From positions 1,028,737-1,092,736 of the forward strand of contig NMRA01000017.1 of NCBI GenBank assembly GCA_002633005.1: a DNA stretch of 64,000 nt, read 5' to 3'. The DNA comes from Phoronis australis. Lineage: Eukaryota; Animalia; Phoronida. A program made the position numbers and the translations under genes. Shown here in pieces: positions 27,301 through 51,590 of the stretch (position 1 is the first letter of the stretch; each line of letters starts with the position of its first letter). A model generated the notes under the pieces. It worked only from the letters and a program-made list of their open reading frames with translations. It was not told the origin of the DNA and made no database searches.

Positions 27301-30300
27301 TTGACTATGAATCGTTAGGAGAGGAGTTTACCTCTATTTTAATAAGTCAACAGTACTTATAGTACACAACACATGCTGAAGCACATGCTGAGGAGACTTA
27401 AAGAAACCAAGTACGAAATGAATTGAGTATCTGTGGTTAAAGCGCGCCGTGAGCAAGAGATCAAAACAGCGAAACGTCAGATTACCGGAGAAACTGAATT
27501 AATTTGTGTTAGGATTTATCTTTGAACACAGCCTAGTGTGTTCGAGATATGCCAGATGCCGTGCAGGGACTCGTGCATTGGTCATAAAGTTATCAAAAAC
27601 GGTCGCAAGTACACAGATGTACAACTCACTCAGTATCAAAAACACGTTATGCCTCTGTTTTCCGTGGCATCTTTCCATGCTATGTTCACCTCGTTAACTC
27701 AATCTTATGGCGAATCGGTGAATCAAAGGATTGTGAATTGAGGGAAGTGCACAAACCAAGTGGGAGATTCGATATGAATGACAGCTCTGTAACCTTTGAT
27801 CCTGGATAATAAATTTCCACGCAGATGAAGGTGGTTCTGCTAAATCTTTTTTTCTCGTTACACGTGTTTCGTATTTAAGTTCCCCGAGAATGAAGATAAG
27901 GCATTTTTCTAGACAGGGGAAATATTGTGAAAACGGAAATTTTTATGAATAAGTTTTGAGATATCGTTAATCAAGAACCTTAACTGTACAACTGACAGGC
28001 TATCACTTAGAATGTTGAGCAGAACTTCCTAGGAGGACAAGATGTTACAATTTCCTACTTGCGCCAAAATCTATAGAAGAATGGATCTGATTTATGTTTC
28101 ACAAACAACTTTTGTCAAAACAGAGCACTCTAAGCAATTTTACAGCAGTTTGCAGGGCTTTTAAAAAAATTGTGAAATTCAAAAAGTAAAAATAAAGTGC
28201 CACATAATATTTTGCATCAGTATAACGCATATTTACTGTTATGTCGTTGCGTTAATGAACGGGCAATAGTCACTTGCAGGGGACCCGCATTTTGAGAACC
28301 AGTTTGATGGCTGTTATCGAGCGGAGAAAAGTAGTTCTCAAAATGCGGGATCCCTGTATTAAAGTGACTATTACACGCAAATGAAAAGAAGCAGTGCCAA
28401 AATGACGACATACCGTATGGATTATAATAGGTGTTGAGGGCATCAGGGGCACACATGCTGTTGAAGAAGCTGCCAGCCAACTTGACTTGGACGTTACACT
28501 CCTTGACAAACAGGGCTCCCTTGTCCATCAGTGTCGCTAGTGGGTACACCCAGCCAGCAGCTCGTCCAACGCCTGTGACATAGCACCACAGTGTATATTA
28601 AAACAAGAGACATGAAGCTTGTGGATTAAAAGTGATGATGAAAAGAGTTGGTCAGCTTCAGGAGTCATGACCGAGAGGATACATAGTCAAAATGATCTGA
28701 TAAAACTAAATGAAGTTATGATGCATATGCAGGGAAATAGCTCAAAACCTTATTCAACATGTAGAAATCTAGCTGACAAAGACAAAAACTTTGTCAACAA
28801 TAAAGTAGGGACAAGCAGTCACTTGATTCTGTGAAAGTGCATATAGTATATCGGCCACAGCATACGATGTAATTTTGCGGCAACTTTTGGCAAACGAAGT
28901 TTACTGATCTGCATACCATTCCATGGATTAAACTAATATGGAAAGTTTACTGACCAGTGTGGCATGAGTTGGTGGCCTTGAGAGAGTCAAAGTTTAACGA
29001 GGCACTGGTGAGTGTAGGTTTCCGAGCTACAGCCACCACGTAATAGTAGTCTTTTAGACTTCCTCCTGCAATGGATATCATAAATATTAGTGCAGCCCGA
29101 AGACAGAACTGATTCTCTACACAGACATTCACATTTTAGGAGCCTTAACGGAAATAATGACATTTCATGAGCCCAAACAGGCATTCACATTTTTTGCAAT
29201 AAGTTCCAAGACGGATTCAAATGTATAGTCCTGCAGACACAATCGAACAATTATAATTCTACACCCCTACAACAAGGCAGTGAGACTGAGAACGAAACCT
29301 TGTTAATAAATGGTTATTGTTATTTAATTTCTGTAAATTGAAATTCTCCGCCGCAATAGTTACAACCGGTCACTTCATTTGCTGTTAACAGAATTAGCAG
29401 TCATGACAGGAAAACGGTGTTTCGCCTGATTACTTTTGCCTTGTACTGTAAGTGAAGAATCACTATACAACCAACATTGACTCCTCACCTGTGTTGTACA
29501 CCTCCTTCAATATAGGCTGTAGTGAGAAGTACTGCGCAGCTACATAGGCTTGACCTGTCTCAAGGGTCATCAGGTCTGCTTGATATGTACTTATCATCTC
29601 CATACACTTAAACTCATCAAACGGCTGTAAAGACACATGTTGAAATATTATAAACAGCAGAAGATGGAAGCAGCTGAACATGAAAATTGACTCTCATGCC
29701 ACCTTTTGGTCACAATTTTGACTAAACGTTCCTGTTGCAACTGAAGCTTGAACCCACACTGTCAGCTGACCATTCATATGCTCTCAAGTCCAAACACTTA
29801 TCGCGACCACAGGTCAGTCAGAGAATACTCTTTGTGGGTATTATGCTCAAACGTGAGAGGATTGATGGCTGCAAATCTTTAAAAAACGAGTAAACTGAAT
29901 TTCTTTTATAAAAGAAATCAAAGTAGATATAGGCTGATGACTGATGGCAGCTTTTAAGGTTACCGTATGTACTAGTGGGACCCTAGAAAAAATATCCTGA
30001 ACATCATATCTCAGAAATGGTCGACTGAATTCATATGACACAGTTTAAAAATTGTAACTGAGTTTTTAAGATTTCATCCAAGAAATTTATATCAAATGAA
30101 ATTTGTTTTGCAAAAAGTGTACTTTTCATTTTTGCTAAGTTTTTCTAAAAAGGCCTGGTCACATGACCCAATTAATGCCAGATTGGTTCAAGGCACATCA
30201 AACTCTACAGACTACCTACTTTTTAGAAAACACATACTTATACCGAGTTATACTCAAATGATAGTTTTGTAGATATTTGACTAAATTCACAGACTCCTTT

Positions 30301-33300
30301 AATAAGGTCCAACATCACCCTTCATGACATTGTTGCATGTTCCATACCACCATAACTTACCCCTTTACACTGTAGTGCAGGTTTCCCCACATAGTTGATG
30401 TCTGCTGCAACTGTGGCATTCCCCTTTTCTTTCAGGTCAATTACCTTGATCAACTCCTCACACTTTAACTGTTCACTAACCGTTGTTGTACACCAATGCA
30501 CCACTGCAACACAAACATGGCCATAGGCATCACTACAGCTATATAGGTTGTCCTAACAATGAATGCCAGAATAGGATTTCACTGGAAACTAATACTGTTT
30601 TTATTCTTTGAAGTTCAAAGCTTATTTTAGAAGGCACAAAGTTGGGTACAAGAGCAACGCGGAGCGTTGAAATGCGCCCACAATTGCACCGCATACGGTA
30701 TCCTTCTAGGGTTGTTTATTGGTACCATAAAGTGGCCAGTAGAGGGCATACTTTGCAAAATGGAAAGGCATGGTCATTGTCTCCTCAATGGGCTAGGGGC
30801 AAAATGTGAGTAATCTTCATAATACAAGCACATCCTATACACCAGTTGCTTAAAGCACCACAGAAACATAGAATTAAAAACAAATTTACCAACATACGAG
30901 ATTAGCACAGCATTAGAATGCCAGAAACAAATTTCTACTTGGAACTTTTCCTTCACAGTCACGAAGTAACACAAAGTATACACCTGAAGACCTATGAAAA
31001 TACAGAGGTCAATGTAAAATACTAAAATTGCCACTAGAGGCAAATACTAAAATTGCCACTAGAGGCATACCGGTAATCAGAATCATCCTAAAGTCGTCAT
31101 CGTCCGTTGTCAACATCACATAAATACACTTGCTAAATTTAGTAAAGATCCTGCAAACGGTTTGGGAGATACAGCCATGGGCGCAAAAAAACAAAACTGC
31201 CACTAGGAGGCGCCACAGTAGTCCAAATCGTCTGAAAATCATTGTCAGCTGTCTTCCTTATAGTAAGCACATACACGCCAATTTTCACAATCATCCTTTG
31301 AGCGGTTTGGTTGATAGAGGGGTGGACGCAAAAATACAGACTCGAAAACAGTAAAAATGGCCACTAGGTGGCGCAAACTACGTCGAATCCATCTGAAAAC
31401 AGTAGGATAGCGTCATCTCACTAATAGGTGCCTACATACCAAATTTCATGAAAATCCGTTCAGGACTTTTGAAGATACAAAGGTAAGCGTAAAAAACTAA
31501 AATTGCCACTAGGGGGCACACCGGTGGTCGGATCCGTCCGAAAGTTCGCACATGCCGTCCCATTCATGAATGGAACATATGTGTCAAATTTCATGAACGT
31601 ATGTCAAAGGGTTTTGGAGATAGAGCAGCGGACGCCGGACGGACGGACGGACGGACAGAGATGACGGCATAATGCGTCCACATATAAATATGTGGGCGCA
31701 TAAAAATGCCATGCTGACTGATATTCTGAGGGAACCATCAACTGGATTTGTTCAGACCTTGTAGCTGACTCTCGTAATGACAGTGAATAAGCACTTCTCA
31801 CTCAGCTACTTTCTGCACATTATCTTTAAATAGAACACACTGTTCATTGCATGGAAACAGTTCTTTGAGCTGTTCTGCACCTTGGCGCATGTACTTTGTC
31901 TGAAAACCCTTATGCACAAATTGGTAGCACTTGCTTCCAAAAACAGAAATTTTCTGTTAGCTGGAAAAAGAGCCAGCTGAGGCACTTTAACTTTTACGGA
32001 GTACAAAACAAACGTTGGATTCATGGAAAAAAAACCCCGCTGATTTGGTTCTTAGTAAAACCATATCTTGGAATTCATACCTCAAAGCATTTTTGGGACA
32101 CCTTGTATACGCTGGCCAGCACTATGTGCTGCTGGTCAGTGATCAATTTGAACATCCACAGCAGTAGTTTCTTGTTTGTCGTGAATTGAAATTCATACAA
32201 AAGGCTGTCCTTAAAATAATCAATGCCCACTTACGTTCACCATACACTCACTCTTCCAAGATGAGAAGGCCAGTCAGTGAAAAAAATTATCATTTCTACT
32301 TTTCATTGTTGGTGCACTCATTTTTGATGCAAAGTTATGTTTTTGTCCGATTTCAAATTAGATTAGCATCCATAGCCTGTGGTTGTTCGTGTGAGCCAAA
32401 AGGCAACCAAACACAAACACTTCATATTTAACATTATGTTTAGAACTCCATAACGTTAATAAAAAATTCAAGACAGAAGCATTAGGACTTCTAATTAAAC
32501 CAGGTAACCTATATAAATGGCCAGGAACACACTGAGTAGTGAATAGTGGGTCTGAGGCTGATAGGACTTTACAGAAAAGCTGCAGAAAGCATCTATGGCA
32601 AGCGTTGACTACTGGCATATTCATCAACCACAGACATTTGAGTTAGTAAGTGTTAGAAATAAAGCATGAGACTGCAGGTGAATGATAATATGTATAGTAC
32701 AGAAGTCTTCAGGACAGTAACTGGTACCAAGAAGAGAACTTCCAATGTAAATATGTGAGTGGATTTTCCCCCGACGTGTTTTCTAGTTGAAATTTGTATT
32801 TTCCAACATAAATCCAAAAAAGGGATAGAAACTCTAAAAAACATCCATTTTTACAGCAAAATTCTGTGGAAGGGTATCATGTTCACTCAGGTCTCGTGTG
32901 TCATAAGTTACTATCTAAAAATCTGTTCAGTGTTCAATTTTAAATCAATAAATAAGCCACTTTCAACGTTTTTAAACTGTATAAATGTATGTTAAAAATG
33001 CATAATTTTAAGTGCATCAGTTGCGATGTTTTCTTTAAAACAGCAATTTATTTACAGATCATATCGGTACTTTTACACACAGAGCTGCAGGATGTCACAA
33101 GGTGGCCCTTGCTACAAATTTAAATATTCACGATTTTAATAAGACATAGCATCTTTAAGGGAAAAATACGATAATTTTACACTTATTTCATTCCAAATAA
33201 ATGAAATACATTTTCCCCGATTGTCAGGGCATGCCAGATACAAACTGAATATACAGACATTGAAGTTGACAGGTGTGTGAAATTAACCGAGAAACCAAAT

Positions 33301-35536
33301 ATCGCTAATTGGTCTGGATGTAAATTTACACTGTTCAGACCTCATTAACACATTTAAAGAGGTGTTAATAATTAGAATTAATGACTGGGCTTTGCACAGG
33401 TATTTTCTGAAGTGCAAAACTGTGTGCGGATTAGGTGAGGCAAGAAATTCTTACCAAGTAGCCTAATGCGAAATAAGTGAGGAAAAATATTTTTTTTTAA
33501 AAATAATCATGGATTTGCAAAATGAGACGAGTGAGCTTAAATGAGTGGAAAATTACCTTATACAAAAGTGTGACTTGTTCACAGGAGCAACCAATAGGTT
33601 GCTTTTAATCGCGCTGACGTTCCAAAAGGATAGGCTTTATCTTGCTGCCACTGTGTGTGGGTATCCTAGTTTCCCAGTGACACACGACACACCCCACAGG
33701 AAACTGTTCTTATCTTGGGTTGTATACTTCATTAACCATGTGACTATTTTTTTGTCTAAAAATCTTGATTTTACACAGAGATCGTTATAATCTCCACAAA
33801 TGTGAATTTTTCCACATGAAACTTGGAAATTTCATTTCTTTATTCGATTAGCTTTGATAGTGTGTCTGGGATTTTCTTTTAAGACCTTTTACATCAAAAG
33901 CTCAGATGTCAAAATCACATGAGATTTATGTTTTACATTTCAAGCATTGTTGGTGGCAGAGTTCTCCGGCTAAAAGGCCTTAAAAGAAAATATTAGATGT
34001 GCTGCAGTAGCTAATAGAAAAAAGAAACTGAATTTGCAAGTTTCGAGTTTCGTGTGAAAAAAAGTGGAAAAATTTTCAATCTACGTGAAAAATCATGACT
34101 TTTGAGAAGAAATGGAATTATGTGATTACAAATATCTGGGCATTGCTTTCATGTACCTAATACCAATCTGTTTTAACCCAAGGCTTTTAAAAACATAGTT
34201 TTAATATGGGTATTCTATTAATACTTAAAAATTTACTTAATAAATCCAGTCCTTAGTAATGAAGCTAGCCTAATGCCATAATAATACAACTTTCATACAT
34301 AAGTATCACATTTTTGAAGCATAGTTTAAAAATATGCCACACATAAGAAAATAAGGAACTTTGCCCTAATTTAAAATCATCACTGTCATAATGTTTCATA
34401 TTCATATTTCTTGTAAATTTTGAATTATTTTTTAACACCTGTTGCAAACCTGGTCTTGATAAATTATTTTAGTAGAACAAAAGATATCATCAATTTCAAC
34501 TTCAAAATGTTTATCTTCACTTAAAACATATGGAATATATTCTGTCTGGTAAAGGCTGTGGGGATTAGACAGGGTTAAGAAACGAATAATGCCCTAAGCA
34601 GTGAAAAAGTCAAGTCTCTAGAGCACCATCAATCCCAATAGTGTGAATCAAACCATTGAGCACAAGCTATTATGGTAAAGTAGGCATGATTTAATTTAGC
34701 ATGTTACCTTCAGTTGCACCTGAAATAGACATGTACATTGGTTGGGTTAATGTAATTCAACTACGGAATGTGTGGATTAGGCAAGGGGAACCATGTGTCT
34801 AAATTTCACACAACATAAAGCTTGTTTTCATACACAGAACAGAATTTTTCGCACAAAGCAAACCCTTCCTTTTTGAAAGTTGCACTGCCTATAAGCAGTT
34901 AAAAAACTTACATTCTGCACAAGAACAATAATTTTGAATGAAATGTTAACAAACCATCACAAACCATCAAGGCAACAGTATTTTATCTCCTTTCATGAAA
35001 ATCATTTGACATTTACTCCATTCACCTGTTACCCGATTAAAGCATTAGCAAGCTTAATTTATACTTTATACTTTACGAAAGCATCACAGTTTCATAAGTG
35101 AGTGTAAGAATCTCATTCTGGTTCTGAATCCATAAGGATAACAAAAACAATGCTCTGAAGGCAAAAGCTGAGTCAGAGAGTGGTGAGAAGGTAAGATGCA
35201 AGATGGCTTTGGTACAGGGAAACTATCATTGCCAGTGGCCGCCAGTGACTGCCAAGTAAAAGAAAAAAAATCAAAACCAAAGAAATTATTTAACCAATTT
35301 AAGCTGGCAGCATTTTGTAAAGCCTAACAACACAATAGCCTCAGATGTGCTGATTTAATTCACTTTAGTCTCTATATATGTTTGACCCAGATTTAACTAT
35401 CAATGTAACCGACATAGGAATGACTCACCTGGCAGGTAGAATACACATTTAATAAAGATTGAAACTTACCGCTAACTTTAGAATAACTTAAAGCAAATGC
35501 GCTGATCAGAAGCACAGGACATAACCATAGATTCAT
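18373..35536 (-). CDS. MELTF: Melanotransferrin-like bilobed transferrin with signal peptide and putative GPI anchor, 776 aa, 15 exons: 35470-35536, 30361-30503, 29489-29624, 28955-29065, 28414-28572, 26530-26732, 25552-25708, 24842-25012, 23941-24187, 23132-23247, 22363-22479, 21003-21179, 20091-20285, 19298-19373, 18373-18628
   Basis: All junctions are GT-AG and phase-compatible (2331 nt). Signal peptide MNLWLCPVLLISAFALSYSK is followed by two transferrin lobes: VHWCTT/ARWCVIS, YYYVVAVAR/YYYAVAVAR, SCHTGVGRAAGW/TCHGGVGLAAGW, GAFKCL/GAFRCL, YELLC twice, NLMFSD/DLMFSD. C-terminus CTSGASRWTRLVQIYVVGVMTVLLVRFYPL resembles a GPI signal. Orthology to MELTF is inferred, not tested. Confidence 0.9.
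21560..21790 (+). repeat. Dispersed repeat fragment; second copy in the same orientation at ~30080-30310
   Basis: GGTCATGTGACCCAGTTAATGGCAGA versus GGTCACATGACCCAATTAATGCCAGA, and ATAGTTTTGTAGATGTTTGGCTAAATTC versus ATAGTTTTGTAGATATTTGACTAAATTC. Confidence 0.65.
24344..24668. mobile_element. MITE remnant related to 13531-13812, in a MELTF intron
   Basis: CTGGGGCATGTTACATAAAA...TAAGACCAAAAAT at the left; ATTTTGGTCTTA...TTTCATGAAATGGGGCTGAG at the right. Confidence 0.5.
29736..29812 (-). repeat. Possible decayed tRNA-derived SINE head
   Basis: Minus strand reads GTGGTC..TAAG..TGGACTTGAGA..GTGTGGGTTCAAGC, resembling a tRNA-Ser anticodon arm and B box. No intact cloverleaf. Confidence 0.25.
30648..31706 (-). 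mobile_element. Non-autonomous Helentron-associated interspersed element (HINE/DINE-1-like) in MELTF intron 1
   Basis: Read on -: T5, subTIR ATGCGCCCACA plus adjacent inverted copy (31672-31701), (GTCC)n microsatellite (~31628-31656), ~145-160-bp internal tandem units, 3' subTIR (30672-30682), terminal hairpin CAACGC-GGA-GCGTTG (30655-30669), CTTGT end. This matches the established HINE/DINE-1 architecture. Confidence 0.85.
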
Positions 35537-36057
35537 GGTTAACAACACCAAATTTCAGCACCAGAAAAGAACGTTTTTAGAACAAAAACACCAAAGTGGT
35601 GCTAGAATCGCACCGACAAGTTCACAAGTAGGTCAGCAGTAATTTGGCTTTGTTAGAGCGACAAATAAATGAGTACAATTAAAGCTAAAATTTGTCTACA
35701 TATTAGCACACAAAACTTCCATATAGATGTAATAAATAGCTTAAAATAAAGTTATGTATTCTCTTTGTTTATTTTAAAAAGCATAATAGACACTGATATT
35801 TCACAGCGAATTGATTTTTATGACTGTTATGGCCGCACTATTTTTCAAAAGCATCGCGCTCTTTTTGATTGTGAGGTACATAAAATAAATTCCCACAAAT
35901 CTTTACTCTGAATGGCACTTCCGCTGTTTCGATGGCGGAGTCGGAGTCTTTGTGAGTGTGTATCGGGCGAAATCGATTGCCATCGTTCCAACCGACGACT
36001 TAAAAGGGAAATTGTTTTATAATCTAATTGCCTGTGGTTGCTGTTGAATCGGAGACA
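35537..36057. promoter_or_regulatory. Putative bidirectional promoter and 5' UTRs shared by the MELTF-like gene (-) and POLR2B (+)
   Basis: Divergent ATGs at 35536 and 36058. Local CpG enrichment, ETS-like CACTTCCGC (35916-35924) and YY1-like GATGGCGG (35931-35938). Confidence 0.7.
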
Positions 36058-50249
<14,192 letters not shown>

Positions 50250-50550
50250 TCAAAGTGCGAGACTGGTGTCGATGTCATCGCACGTCCGCTCAAGGTCTCA
50301 GCCGCCATACGTATTGAAGGATATCGAGTAATGACTGGGAATATGGCATTCTGAGTTTTGGCTGTCCACGATTGGGTATCAGCAGGACTGATCTTGTTTT
50401 TAGTCAATAGATCAGATATCTTGCAGTCATCGTGTCTAAGCTCGTGCAGTTGTTAAACAAGTCTTACTCATTGAGTCATGCTGTTAGCAGTAAAGGTCTC
50501 ATTTCTGGTACAATGTATGTATATTTGTATTGATATGATCTTATTTTGTA

Positions 50551-50567
50551 AATAAACCCTTAATAAA
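50551..50567 (+). terminator. POLR2B polyadenylation signals (two AATAAA)
   Basis: AATAAA at 50551-50556 and 50562-50567, ~300 nt after the stop, followed by GT/T-rich sequence. Confidence 0.65.
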
Positions 50568-50703
50568 ACAAAAACGTGTTTCAGCGATATTCGTTGTATG
50601 GTGCTACATTTATTTCTGTCAGTTACACTTATGTGACCAAATTAAAAACCCACAACTGTAGGAGTGTCATCATCTGCCCCAGCAGTCATGGTTTCCATTG
50701 TCA

Positions 50704-50742
50704 TTTTTATGCGTCCACATATTTATATGTGGATGCATTATG
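50704..50742 (+). mobile_element. Isolated 5' terminus (T-tract plus subTIR palindrome) of the same HINE family
   Basis: TTTTTATGCGTCCACATATTTATATGTGGATGCATTATG is nearly identical to the reverse complement of 31668-31706. Confidence 0.75.
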
Positions 50743-50980
50743 GTAATATTGAAACTACAAAAAGATTAGGCAACGGACTTACACCATGTGCTTTTGGTAC
50801 CACGGGTGTATTGCAAACTTGGTAGAATTGTGTTCTGTTATCTAACCATCAGACTTTACTCTAGGCGTCACTCCTAAATTGACCAGTTGCAAGTGACATT
50901 TAAAGTAAAACTTTCTGTCTGTAGTAAAGCTGCTTGTCAGTTACAAACACTAAAGATGGAAATTACAACAGAAATGCTGC

Positions 50981-50986
50981 TTTATT
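50981..50986 (-). terminator. Candidate UVSSA polyadenylation signal (another at 50609-50614)
   Basis: TTTATT on + (AATAAA on -) ~600 nt downstream of the UVSSA stop. Confidence 0.4.
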
Positions 50987-51590
50987 TAATAACTGCTATG
51001 GGTATATAACGAATGAGGTATTTGTAAAAATATCAGTTCCTTGCAATTTAAACAGTAGGTAGAGGACATGCAAACCAATAAAAAGTTAAAAGTGGTCAAT
51101 CGTAATGCACATTACATTGCTTAACTTTGTAATCGCACAAGTTGTTGCCTTTACTTCAGTCATGAGTACATGCTTACACTTGAGCATGTGTCATCACTTG
51201 CACGTCTGCTTTATCAAAGTTCCCAAGGCGGCAAGTTAAACAAGAGAAGATTATCCAAAGATGCACATGGCATTCTGAGAAGTGTTCCCTGACTAGAGTA
51301 CAATTATATTTCTATGCAGTCTACTTACTGGCCCAGTTTTGGAGAAACAAAATGTCTCATTACACCATAAAGCCACCAATTTCATTACAAACATGTCACT
51401 AAATTGGAGCAGAAACTAAGTTGCAATTGTAAATGCAAATAAATAAAATTCATTTAAATTAATACAGTTAACATTAAATTATCAAATTCATTACATTCTT
51501 TACAGAGTATCTTTTGTAATGATGTAATAATATAAATTAACACAAAACATGTTAAAAAAGTACAAAACTATGTTCCCATGCACAGATCAC

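Noticed and set aside
33008-34014. TTAA-bounded MITE in MELTF intron 1 (similarly 27398-27983)
   Set aside because: Inverted-end similarity is too weak to support by eye.
35785-35802. Iron-responsive element upstream of the transferrin ATG (AATAT-CAGTGT-CTATT on -)
   Set aside because: The loop-closing pair is mismatched, the bulged C is absent, and it lies ~250 nt upstream, possibly outside the mRNA. The CAGTG candidates I checked in the 3' UTRs (e.g. ~18080) lack stems.
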